Below are positions 16,190-24,172 of a DNA stretch of 64,000 nt, in pieces (the stretch's first letter is position 1; each line of letters starts with the position of its first letter). Under the pieces are notes generated by a model that searched no databases, was not told where the DNA came from, and worked only from the letters and a program-made list of their open reading frames with translations. A program made the translations under genes and the position numbers. Source of the stretch: a phage; NCBI GenBank assembly GCA_029945195.1, contig GCA_029945195.1_4117.1. One strand, written 5' to 3'.

Positions 16190-16399
16190 ATGTTCTATAC
16201 AGTATACAGCGTTCTAGGTACTATTGCTGGCGTACATGATAACGTCAGTGATGCTATGCGTACAGTACTGCAACAGGTTCCACTAAAGCCTAAGACCATT
16301 AAGCAGATGACAGCACGACTAACCAGGGCGACCGCTGGCGTGGAAGTATGGCAGGACTACGGGGATACACAGATAATCGTTAGCGTAACGAAGGATTAA
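16190..16399 (+). CDS. hypothetical protein (69 aa)
   Basis: ORF track; SD AGGAGG; 5' hairpin 16146-16165. Confidence 0.55.
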   Translation: MFYTVYSVLGTIAGVHDNVSDAMRTVLQQVPLKPKTIKQMTARLTRATAGVEVWQDYGDTQIIVSVTKD

Positions 16400-16570
16400 T
16401 GCGTAAAGGGATCTAGTACTGATTCAGAAAAAAGTCAAGGCGTTTTTAAAATAATGCGTTAAAAAAATGCATAGGTAATCCCTTGACTTTTTTAAAATAA
16501 AAGGGATTGGACTATGGCAAAATGCGTAGGGGGCTAAAGGGCGGGTAACCTTAGCGACTTCGATAAAGGG
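16398..16570 (+). repeat. iteron-like direct repeats (AATGCGT x3, TAAAGGG x3-4)
   Basis: TAAAGGG at 16404, 16535, 16564 plus AAAAGGG at 16499; AATGCGT at about 16399, 16454, 16521. Confidence 0.45.
16434..16493 (+). terminator. terminator-like long hairpin
   Basis: GTCAAGG 16434-16440 / CCTTGAC 16481-16487 then TTTTTT; large loop. Confidence 0.35.
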
Positions 16571-16590
16571 GTATTACGAATAAAATGTTA

Positions 16591-16618
16591 TTGACTTTTT
16601 ATACAATTCATATATTAT
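16591..16618 (+). promoter_or_regulatory. promoter TTGACT-16-TATTAT at head of family-A array
   Basis: -35 16591-16596, -10 16613-16618. Confidence 0.5.
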
Positions 16619-16648
16619 ATGATTGATATTATTTTCAAGGGAGTCCCT

Positions 16649-16846
16649 ATGCGTATTTTAACTCAAGCAGAACACCACGAAAGACTTATCAATAACATGG
16701 CTATGATAATGTATAAGTCACATGACCGTGGTATTGCCTATAAGCGTGAATTAATTATGGCACTATTCATTGGGACTAACTATCAGGAAAGGTATGTCAA
16801 GGATTGGATTTGGTATTTAATTGAAGATGTAACGAGTAAACTATGA
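16649..16846 (+). CDS. family-A array protein (LGTNYQ motif)
   Basis: track ORF trimmed to ATG 16649 (SD AAGGGAG); MRILTQ N-terminus typical of family. Confidence 0.65.
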   Translation: MRILTQAEHHERLINNMAMIMYKSHDRGIAYKRELIMALFIGTNYQERYVKDWIWYLIEDVTSKL

Positions 16847-17043
16847 AAATGCGTAAATTAACCGAAAAAGAATATCAAGCACTGTTACGTAAAAACTTCA
16901 CAAAGATTTATAATACAGACTCACACGTAGAACGAATGGAGTTATACCTTTTGATTACATTGGGAACTAACTATCAGGATGCATGGGTAACGAAATATGT
17001 GGATACATTGAAAAATGAAATTTTGTCCACGAGGAAACAATGA
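16843..17043 (+). CDS. family-A array protein (LGTNYQ motif)
   Basis: tandem paralog; ATGA stop-start overlap. Confidence 0.65.
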   Translation: MKMRKLTEKEYQALLRKNFTKIYNTDSHVERMELYLLITLGTNYQDAWVTKYVDTLKNEILSTRKQ

Positions 17044-17249
17044 AAACTATAACACGAACCCAATCATACGGTCTTATCTTGAAATACATGGACTTAATGG
17101 TGGATATCAGCAAAGACCTTCCTAAAACTGAAATTGAAGTTGCAAGAGCAGAGATCCGTATGTTGGCTGTACTGAACACAAACCATCAGGAAGAGTATGT
17201 TCAAGATTGGATTCGATTTTTAATAGAAGATATTAAGAGTAAACTATGA
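17040..17249 (+). CDS. family-A array protein (LNTNHQ)
   Basis: tandem paralog; ATGA overlap. Confidence 0.65.
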   Translation: MKTITRTQSYGLILKYMDLMVDISKDLPKTEIEVARAEIRMLAVLNTNHQEEYVQDWIRFLIEDIKSKL

Positions 17250-17458
17250 TTATATTAACACCTGAAGAATATAAGAAACGTTTTAAATCTGTCCAGGCTG
17301 AAATATTACTTATATACCTTTCAAATGCAGATCTTAACTTATCAAGGGTAATGGAGAAGGATTTACTTATGGGTGCATTTTTGGATACAGACTTTCAGGA
17401 GTATTATGTAGGAGAATACTTTATTGCACTTCAGAACCACATTAAGAGTAAACTATGA
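17246..17458 (+). CDS. family-A array protein (LDTDFQ)
   Basis: tandem paralog; ATGA overlap. Confidence 0.65.
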   Translation: MIILTPEEYKKRFKSVQAEILLIYLSNADLNLSRVMEKDLLMGAFLDTDFQEYYVGEYFIALQNHIKSKL

Positions 17459-17670
17459 TTATTCTAGAAAAATCATATCAATATACTGAACGCATCGCTG
17501 CCAGACAACTTGAAATCCTCATAATATACGAAGAGACTTCTGATTTAAACTTAGCCGAGGTATTGGAAAATGAAATACTTTTGGGTGCATTCTTGGGAAC
17601 AGACTATCAGGAGTATTATGAGGAAAAGTATTTGTCATCTCTTGAGAAATACGTCAGGAGCAAACTATGA
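17455..17670 (+). CDS. family-A array protein (LGTDYQ)
   Basis: tandem paralog; ATGA overlap. Confidence 0.65.
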   Translation: MIILEKSYQYTERIAARQLEILIIYEETSDLNLAEVLENEILLGAFLGTDYQEYYEEKYLSSLEKYVRSKL

Positions 17671-17894
17671 AACATTTAAGTAATATAGAGAAGAATAAAA
17701 TTATCATTGCTGTAATAAACAAATATTTTACACTTCCACAAAAAGAATGTTTATCTATAAGGGAACACAGGATAAACACCACCGAGATTCGCATGTTGGC
17801 TGTACTGGGGACTAACTTCCAAGAAGGCTATGTTCATGAGCACATCGTTGCACTCACTAATTACATAATGGACAAATGTAATGAACATCATTAA
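17667..17894 (+). CDS. family-A array protein (LGTNFQ)
   Basis: tandem paralog; ATGA overlap. Confidence 0.65.
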   Translation: MKHLSNIEKNKIIIAVINKYFTLPQKECLSIREHRINTTEIRMLAVLGTNFQEGYVHEHIVALTNYIMDKCNEHH

Positions 17895-18105
17895 TAACTT
17901 TGAATACGAGGCCCGTGCTAAGAGTGCCAGAAAAAAAGAGAACACCATTTACTTCACTATGATGTACTTACAATGGACTGAAATTGAAGAAAAGGTTGCT
18001 GAAGTATGGATGTTGGAATTCATGGGGACGCAGTATCAGAATAGGTTTGCGGGTGAGTATATCAATGTTCTTATGAAACAAATAGAAAGAAAGGAAAAGA
18101 ACTAA
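17881..18105 (+). CDS. family-A array protein (MGTQYQ)
   Basis: tandem paralog. Confidence 0.6.
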   Translation: MNIINNFEYEARAKSARKKENTIYFTMMYLQWTEIEEKVAEVWMLEFMGTQYQNRFAGEYINVLMKQIERKEKN

Positions 18106-18263
18106 TGGTTTTCATTAACATATCTGACCAACTCGATACTAAACTAAAAGTCGAGCAGAGTGAGGGATGGATGCTGTACTTTCTTGGAACTTCTCATCAG
18201 AATTTTTATGTCCATGAACACATAGTTGCACTCACAAATCTAATAAGGGATAAATGTAAATGA
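18105..18263 (+). CDS. family-A array protein, short member (52 aa, not in track)
   Basis: hand-translated; LGTSHQ motif; TAATG and ATGA junctions. Confidence 0.5.
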   Translation: MVFINISDQLDTKLKVEQSEGWMLYFLGTSHQNFYVHEHIVALTNLIRDKCK

Positions 18264-18517
18264 AACACTTGACGAACGATGAATATTCACTTAGAATTCG
18301 AAAGCTCACCCCAGAAGCAAGACTAATCTACGATGACGGTGAACTTTCATGGAACGAGATGAAAGTTAAAGTTCATGAGCTATGGTTGCTGTACTTTGTG
18401 GGAACCCAATATCAAGAGAAATATTGTACCGATTATCTTGAACAACTAATGGATCTTATACAGATAAAACTAAATGAACGAATTGTGGAAAAATATGAAG
18501 ACTTTATCAAGCACTGA
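18260..18517 (+). CDS. family-A array protein (VGTQYQ), 3' extended
   Basis: reads past usual KL stop into next gene, consistent with a 1-nt shift at the junction. Confidence 0.55.
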   Translation: MKHLTNDEYSLRIRKLTPEARLIYDDGELSWNEMKVKVHELWLLYFVGTQYQEKYCTDYLEQLMDLIQIKLNERIVEKYEDFIKH

Positions 18518-18746
18518 GTATCAGACTGCCCTCTTCTCTCTTCTTAACACCCTTAGAAAAAACTATGCATTACATGGTGCACCTGAATTGGATGTTATCA
18601 ACGGTGATGTTTATCTTATGAAATTCATTGGAACAAACTATCAAGAACTGTTCACTCAACGATATATCTCTGCACTGAGAAACGAAATATCAGATAAAAC
18701 CCGCCAAGCCCAAAGAGAATGGAAGAGACAATGCAACAAAGACTAA
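18474..18746 (+). CDS. family-A array protein (IGTNYQ)
   Basis: tandem paralog; start at canonical junction. Confidence 0.6.
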   Translation: MNELWKNMKTLSSTEYQTALFSLLNTLRKNYALHGAPELDVINGDVYLMKFIGTNYQELFTQRYISALRNEISDKTRQAQREWKRQCNKD

Positions 18747-18982
18747 ATCACAAAATGTATTTTAAACTATTACAGAATCTAGGACAAAAACACTATGATA
18801 CAGTATCTGAAATATTACCCTATGATATCATGCGTTTAATTCATAGTGAGGCAGAGATGCTTGTACTGATGACAGGCACTGATAAAACAGCAATTACCAA
18901 ATCTATAGATATGTTCATCGATGCACACTGCCAACACATTAGAACCGAGATATGGAGACGTGAGAATGAAAATCCTGACTGA
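18719..18982 (+). CDS. family-A array protein, divergent (MTGTDKT)
   Basis: tandem position; degenerate motif. Confidence 0.5.
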   Translation: MEETMQQRLNHKMYFKLLQNLGQKHYDTVSEILPYDIMRLIHSEAEMLVLMTGTDKTAITKSIDMFIDAHCQHIRTEIWRRENENPD

Positions 18983-19181
18983 GCATGAGTATTACAATAG
19001 GTTAAGAACTATACAAGGAAAAGTCTCGTGGACTTTTTTAGATAATTCTATTGCAGAAGCGGACCGATGTGTTATAATAGCTGAAATGAAGCTATTACTC
19101 TTCATTGGGACAAACTATCAAAGTATCTACATAGACGCATGGTTAAGCAGCTTACGTCTGAAGTCGGTGAGTTTAAAATGA
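18966..19181 (+). CDS. family-A array protein (IGTNYQ)
   Basis: track ORF trimmed to ATG 18966 (MKILTEHEY). Confidence 0.6.
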   Translation: MKILTEHEYYNRLRTIQGKVSWTFLDNSIAEADRCVIIAEMKLLLFIGTNYQSIYIDAWLSSLRLKSVSLK

Positions 19182-19396
19182 GAAAATTAATAGGTTTCGA
19201 ATATGTTAAGCTTCTACAAACCTGTGGAATCAGAAGGAGAATGATTCAAAAGGATAAAAGAATTGCCGAAGAACGAAAGTATATAATGATAACTGAACTT
19301 TATGTCTTAACACTCTTAGGCACAAACTATCAACACACTTATGTAGACCTATGGATCGATGCACTACAGAAAGAGGTTAAAAGTAAATGCAAATGA
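19178..19396 (+). CDS. family-A array protein (LGTNYQ)
   Basis: track ORF trimmed to ATGA-junction ATG 19178. Confidence 0.6.
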   Translation: MRKLIGFEYVKLLQTCGIRRRMIQKDKRIAEERKYIMITELYVLTLLGTNYQHTYVDLWIDALQKEVKSKCK

Positions 19397-19605
19397 TTAA
19401 TTTAAGTAAAGACGAATTTTATGTTATACTGGCGAAAACTTATCCAGCACGTAAGGCCGTTTATGATAGTCACATTATTGAACCCTCAAAGAAGTTGATT
19501 TTAGTAAATGAGATAAAGATGCTTTCAGTCTTAGGAACAAACTATCAAGAGAATGCTGTACTGTTGTTAATTGATGCCCTCAAGAGAGAGATACAAAGTA
19601 AATGA
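19387..19605 (+). CDS. family-A array protein (LGTNYQ)
   Basis: tandem paralog. Confidence 0.65.
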   Translation: MQMINLSKDEFYVILAKTYPARKAVYDSHIIEPSKKLILVNEIKMLSVLGTNYQENAVLLLIDALKREIQSK

Positions 19606-19826
19606 TTAATTTAACTTACCATGAATATCAAAAACGTTTAAATGCATCCAGAGATATAAGGATTCAAATATTCAATAACAAAAGATTGAAGCCTGATATC
19701 AGGAAAATCAAAATCATAGAAGCAGAGTTGTGCAACTTTCTAGGGACGAACTATCAGGCAGGTAAGGTAAAAAACTATCTTAAAGAACTCATGAATAGTA
19801 TTGAAAATAAATGTAAGGGTAATTAA
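19602..19826 (+). CDS. family-A array protein (LGTNYQ)
   Basis: tandem paralog; ATGA overlap. Confidence 0.65.
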   Translation: MINLTYHEYQKRLNASRDIRIQIFNNKRLKPDIRKIKIIEAELCNFLGTNYQAGKVKNYLKELMNSIENKCKGN

Positions 19827-19827
19827 C

Positions 19828-20094
19828 ATGAAAATGATCAATTTAAGTAAAGATGAATATAACGAGCGACGTGCAAAAATCTCAACTAAACGCACCGAAA
19901 TCTATTACAGCGAAGAAATCAAACACGACAAGAAGATGATTATGATACGTGAGTTGATAATGGGTGCTATGCTAGGAACTAACTATCAAGAACAAGAGGT
20001 ACAACTCGTATTAAATGAATTACTAATGGAAATCAGAGGTAAGCTGTACTTTCATCAAATGACCCGCCCACTAAGGTGTACTAGGAATGATTAA
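19828..20094 (+). CDS. family-A array protein (LGTNYQ), C-terminal extension
   Basis: track ORF (TTG 19801) trimmed to ATG 19828. Confidence 0.6.
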   Translation: MKMINLSKDEYNERRAKISTKRTEIYYSEEIKHDKKMIMIRELIMGAMLGTNYQEQEVQLVLNELLMEIRGKLYFHQMTRPLRCTRND

Positions 20095-20302
20095 CATCAC
20101 ATTACAAGAAAGGTTCATACGCATCAACTATGCAATTTCCAAATTAGATGCTACAATAGGATTTCAAAGTCTACCATACAAAACCAGATTGTTATTAGAG
20201 TGTGAAGCTAAGTTGGGTGTACTGTTAGGGACGCAACACCAACAACGATATGTGGAAATCTGGATTGACCTTTTAACCCAAAATATATATGAGAGAATGT
20301 AA
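20087..20302 (+). CDS. family-A array protein (LGTQHQ)
   Basis: tandem paralog. Confidence 0.65.
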   Translation: MINITLQERFIRINYAISKLDATIGFQSLPYKTRLLLECEAKLGVLLGTQHQQRYVEIWIDLLTQNIYERM

Positions 20303-20533
20303 ATGCAAAATGAAATGATATACATAACGAATGAAGAATTTCAAGAGAAGATGTTAAAAACAAAAAACATTAATCTTAAGTTCGTTCCAAATCAATCAAT
20401 ATATGAAGTATCTGCAAATGTATTGTTTCAGAAGTTACCATACGTTCTTGGAACTGATAAACAAGAATTTATGGTTCAAAATATGATTGAACATCTTATG
20501 ATGAGTATTAAGGAAAAAGTAAATGCAAAATGA
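20303..20533 (+). CDS. family-A array protein (LGTDKQ)
   Basis: tandem paralog; MQNEMIY N-terminus shared with next gene. Confidence 0.65.
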   Translation: MQNEMIYITNEEFQEKMLKTKNINLKFVPNQSIYEVSANVLFQKLPYVLGTDKQEFMVQNMIEHLMMSIKEKVNAK

Positions 20534-20768
20534 AATGATATACTTAACATATAATGAATACGTCGAGAGATTAGTTAGTGCCAAGAGATATACAAATCAA
20601 CTTCCTCACAACCCAAACCAAACCCCAGAGGAAAAGAATGCGGAAGCTCTATTCCAAGCACTACCATACCTTCTTGGAACTGATAGGCAGGAGTATCACG
20701 TTGAACGTATAATTAAATCTCTTAAAATCACTATTAAGGAAAAGATACATGAAACACTTGACAGATGA
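20523..20768 (+). CDS. family-A array protein (LGTDRQ)
   Basis: tandem paralog. Confidence 0.65.
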   Translation: MQNEMIYLTYNEYVERLVSAKRYTNQLPHNPNQTPEEKNAEALFQALPYLLGTDRQEYHVERIIKSLKITIKEKIHETLDR

Positions 20769-20979
20769 TGAACATGGGCTTATAGTAATGGATGTAATCA
20801 ACATCGAATACAAAAAGTTGATACGCTATCGTTGTTATGAAGATAAGCAACTAGTTCTAGCAGAACAGAAGTTGTTTCGACTCTTAAACACAAACTACCA
20901 AGCACAATACGAAGAATCGTATATGTACCTTTTGGCGAGGAAAGCAAAAAGAGATTATGAAAATTTTAAGCAAAGGTGA
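20749..20979 (+). CDS. family-A array protein (LNTNYQ)
   Basis: tandem paralog. Confidence 0.65.
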   Translation: MKHLTDDEHGLIVMDVINIEYKKLIRYRCYEDKQLVLAEQKLFRLLNTNYQAQYEESYMYLLARKAKRDYENFKQR

Positions 20980-21178
20980 TTCAGTAATATTACTTATAGA
21001 GAGTTCAAGTAAATTCTTAAACATAACACTGTCTGATATAGATGAAGATGATAAAGAAGTACTGAGAGCAGATTTAAGAGTACTGTTACATCTCGGAACA
21101 AACCTACAAGAAGAATATGTAGAGTACTACATTGATGAACTTAAAGAATCAGTACTGAGAAGATGCAAATGCGAATGA
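20957..21178 (+). CDS. family-A array protein (LGTNLQ)
   Basis: tandem paralog. Confidence 0.65.
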   Translation: MKILSKGDSVILLIESSSKFLNITLSDIDEDDKEVLRADLRVLLHLGTNLQEEYVEYYIDELKESVLRRCKCE

Positions 21179-21390
21179 TTACCGACGAAGAATACCTAAC
21201 AATTATAAATGGATTGTTTTTGAAGTTGTTTGTTATTAACACATCAGATATACCAGATATGGATAAAATTATTAAGAGAAATGAAATCTATGTTCTAGCT
21301 ACCCTGGGAACTAACTATCAAGAATACGATATTAATGATTATATTAATACACTTAAAGGAGCAATTGAACTAAAATGCCAAAACCACTAG
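21163..21390 (+). CDS. family-A array protein (LGTNYQ)
   Basis: tandem paralog. Confidence 0.65.
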   Translation: MQMRMITDEEYLTIINGLFLKLFVINTSDIPDMDKIIKRNEIYVLATLGTNYQEYDINDYINTLKGAIELKCQNH

Positions 21391-21590
21391 GAACAGCAGA
21401 ATACATTGAACTCATGGGATTACACTTCTCATCCTTTCAGAAACTTATGCGAGAATCAAAGAATGATTTAGAATATACCATCAGAGGTTCAGATTTAAGA
21501 ATGCTTCTCACCCTAGACACAGATTCCCAAGAGCGTTTTGTCAATGAGCACATTAGAGCACTTTTAATGGAAATTCAAAGTAAACTATGA
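21375..21590 (+). CDS. family-A array protein (LDTDSQ)
   Basis: tandem paralog. Confidence 0.6.
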   Translation: MPKPLGTAEYIELMGLHFSSFQKLMRESKNDLEYTIRGSDLRMLLTLDTDSQERFVNEHIRALLMEIQSKL

Positions 21591-21802
21591 AGGTAATATC
21601 AAACCAAGAGTACTTGGCACTATTCAGGAAGAATAATCACAAATATATGGCACTTGATTCAAGAACTGATATAAGTGAACTTGAAAAAAATCTTTTGCGT
21701 TCAGAGATGATAGTACTGACACTCTTAGGAACACAGCATCAAGAAAGAACTGTTAATTCACACATAGAAATACTTAAGAAGCTTATACAGGAAAAGTTAT
21801 GA
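21587..21802 (+). CDS. family-A array protein (LGTQHQ)
   Basis: tandem paralog; ATGA overlap. Confidence 0.65.
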   Translation: MKVISNQEYLALFRKNNHKYMALDSRTDISELEKNLLRSEMIVLTLLGTQHQERTVNSHIEILKKLIQEKL

Positions 21803-22020
21803 GAATCATAACACAACAAGATATGTTTAAGTTCACAAGGGATTATGCATCTGAATTTGATGCTATATTATCAAAAAGTTACAACAACCCTTATACAGAA
21901 GATGTACACTACAATGAATTATGGGTGTATATACTTTTAGGTACAGATCATCAAGAGCAAGCCGTACAGAGGTATTTGAGTGCTTTAAGTACTGCTACTG
22001 CTAATGGAGTATGTGTTTAA
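21799..22020 (+). CDS. family-A array protein (LGTDHQ)
   Basis: tandem paralog; ATGA overlap. Confidence 0.65.
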   Translation: MRIITQQDMFKFTRDYASEFDAILSKSYNNPYTEDVHYNELWVYILLGTDHQEQAVQRYLSALSTATANGVCV

Positions 22021-22021
22021 T

Positions 22022-22264
22022 ATGAAAGTACTGACAGAATTAGAAATGTATCATAGATTTAATAAGTACTATCATTTACTTAAACCTATACAGAGGATTA
22101 AGTGTCCCTTTGTAGTGAAACAGGTATTAATTTATGAGCATAAGTTATTTGTATCATTAGGTACGAATGAACAAGATTATTATTTGAAGTTGTACTTAAT
22201 TACTTTAATTGAATTGATTAATTCCAAAACTCAGAAAGCGAAGAAATATAAAAATGAAAACTAA
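22022..22264 (+). CDS. family-A array protein (LGTNEQ)
   Basis: track ORF trimmed to ATG 22022. Confidence 0.6.
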   Translation: MKVLTELEMYHRFNKYYHLLKPIQRIKCPFVVKQVLIYEHKLFVSLGTNEQDYYLKLYLITLIELINSKTQKAKKYKNEN

Positions 22265-22595
22265 AATTCAACTCAGGGTATACATATCGTATGAAAATAT
22301 ATACGTTAAAAGTAGTCTATGTAAAGATGTAATGGACTACAAAGGTAAACCATTCACAGTTACTTACAGTTTAACAGGAGGTTTATATATCTCTTTTGCT
22401 AATTACGAAAATAATATGTACGAACACATTGACATTGAAGATTTAAGTACTTTATCACCAGAGGAATACTTCCAGGAATCATTAGTATGGGATTTAGAGT
22501 TCCCTATGCCATTAGTACATAAGATGATAGTACTAATGAAAGAATCTAAACAGGAGCCTAATGGTGATTATGAAGAACACATTATTGAGTATTAA
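22254..22595 (+). CDS. family-B array protein (EExYFQxS motif)
   Basis: LSPEEYFQESLVWD; first family-B member. Confidence 0.6.
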   Translation: MKTKIQLRVYISYENIYVKSSLCKDVMDYKGKPFTVTYSLTGGLYISFANYENNMYEHIDIEDLSTLSPEEYFQESLVWDLEFPMPLVHKMIVLMKESKQEPNGDYEEHIIEY

Positions 22596-22685
22596 GAGTT
22601 CTGATAGTACTGAGAGTACAAATGTTCTTGACAGTACTTTTCATTACTGATATAGTGCACCAACGTTAATCATAGGGTACAGATT

Positions 22686-22931
22686 ATGTTGAATTTTTTA
22701 AATTTCCTTATCGTCTTGTGTATTGTTCTTGGGATTGCACCATTTGTATTGTATTTCATGGATTCAGATGAAATGCAGAAGATGAATTGCACAAGGACAG
22801 GACAGAGTAGAGTAGAGACGATTCTTATGCCTGTTACGGTTATTGTTAACAACATGCCAATTACGAACATGGTCCCTACCCTAACGACAACGTACCAGTA
22901 CTCTTGTACAGACGGAGAGAGGTGGAGATAA
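22686..22931 (+). CDS. small membrane protein (81 aa)
   Basis: hydrophobic N-terminus LNFLIVLCIVLGIAPFVLYF; promoter-like TTGACA..TATAGT upstream. Confidence 0.45.
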   Translation: MLNFLNFLIVLCIVLGIAPFVLYFMDSDEMQKMNCTRTGQSRVETILMPVTVIVNNMPITNMVPTLTTTYQYSCTDGERWR

Positions 22932-23254
22932 TGCGTAAATTCAATTGTATTGTACGTAAGAATTCATGTTACATTGTAGTAGCTGATTTTAATACGGGTT
23001 CTGGGTTGAAGATATTTGAGTACAGAAAATGTAATAATTCTTTTCATTGGAAATTAGGTGCAAGAAAAACAAATACAATTTCAGTACCGAATTTATGTTC
23101 TATCTCTGAAGAAGAAGAGTTTCAGTACATGTTAGTACACGATGATTCTTTAGGTTTTACATTAGAAGATATGAAGAAAGTGCAACAGCAGATGATTGCA
23201 CATTGTCATCTTCCAAAGAATTTTGTTCAACACGTATGTGAATTCCACATATAA
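22931..23254 (+). CDS. family-B array protein
   Basis: track ORF trimmed to ATG 22931 (SD GGAG); SEEEEFQYMLVHDD. Confidence 0.55.
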   Translation: MRKFNCIVRKNSCYIVVADFNTGSGLKIFEYRKCNNSFHWKLGARKTNTISVPNLCSISEEEEFQYMLVHDDSLGFTLEDMKKVQQQMIAHCHLPKNFVQHVCEFHI

Positions 23255-23362
23255 GAGAAGAATATGAAATTTAATATTCACAGAATGAAGATCAATGTTG
23301 ACACTCCATTTGAATAGTGTTAACATGTTTACCTATTCAATTTTAAGATAAGGTACAATGAT

Positions 23363-24172
23363 ATGAAATTTTTAACAGAATCTGAAGCAACCAATTTGAT
23401 TATGAAAAAATTTAGTTCTGGTGATTTAAAGAAATCAGCATCTTACAAAGGTTCAGTTGCCTTGAGTTTATATCTTGGTACAAATTATCAGGAAGCAGCA
23501 CAAGAGCAATATATTAATGCATTAAAGGAAGAGATTCGAGAAAAAATTAAAATTAATAAAGATTGCAGTACTGATTTTTCAATTGAAAAGTTATTGAATA
23601 TGTTTGTCAATACAACAGAGACACCAAGAAAAGAAGATGTTGGTTTAGGTCATGTAAGTGATTTTATGTACGCAGCATATGAATCTTTAGTACAGACTGG
23701 GATTGCTAAATCTGTAATTGAAGTGCATCGTAAATTTGAAGAAGGTGATGAAATTAGACAATTAGTTAAAGATAAAGAAAATAAGATTGGTCGTTTATTT
23801 GTTATTAAGGACAATGATAGTTCTTCATATATTTTGATTAATACAGATAAGACATTCAATTATTACAAGGATTTACATTATTATATGATTACCAATTACG
23901 GAATATCCTATTTAAGAAGTAATTGGGAAGTTGAATATGTATTTTATTTTAACAAACATTCGCATGGTTCAACAAGAACAAAAGATTTATATGAGCAAGC
24001 ATTAATGATTGCTACGCCTAATGAAAATGGCATTTTCAGTAAAGATTACGATAAGGTATTGGAACGTTTAAAACACAGAGCTTCGTGCGGGACAATGCCG
24101 TGTGATTATAGTATTACACAATACAATAAAAATTATCATTGTGGTGTTTTTAAGGAACAATATAAATCATGA
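23363..24172 (+). CDS. chimeric protein: family-A motif N-terminus + about 200-aa unique C-terminal domain (269 aa)
   Basis: LGTNYQEAAQEQYINALKEEIREK at residues 38-61, then unrelated C-terminal region. Confidence 0.6.
   Translation: MKFLTESEATNLIMKKFSSGDLKKSASYKGSVALSLYLGTNYQEAAQEQYINALKEEIREKIKINKDCSTDFSIEKLLNMFVNTTETPRKEDVGLGHVSDFMYAAYESLVQTGIAKSVIEVHRKFEEGDEIRQLVKDKENKIGRLFVIKDNDSSSYILINTDKTFNYYKDLHYYMITNYGISYLRSNWEVEYVFYFNKHSHGSTRTKDLYEQALMIATPNENGIFSKDYDKVLERLKHRASCGTMPCDYSITQYNKNYHCGVFKEQYKS

Noticed and set aside
16649-22264. Possible CRISPR-like periodic array (about 215-bp period)
   Set aside because: Periodicity is at protein level (conserved motif in each gene); there are no identical short direct repeats with unique spacers.
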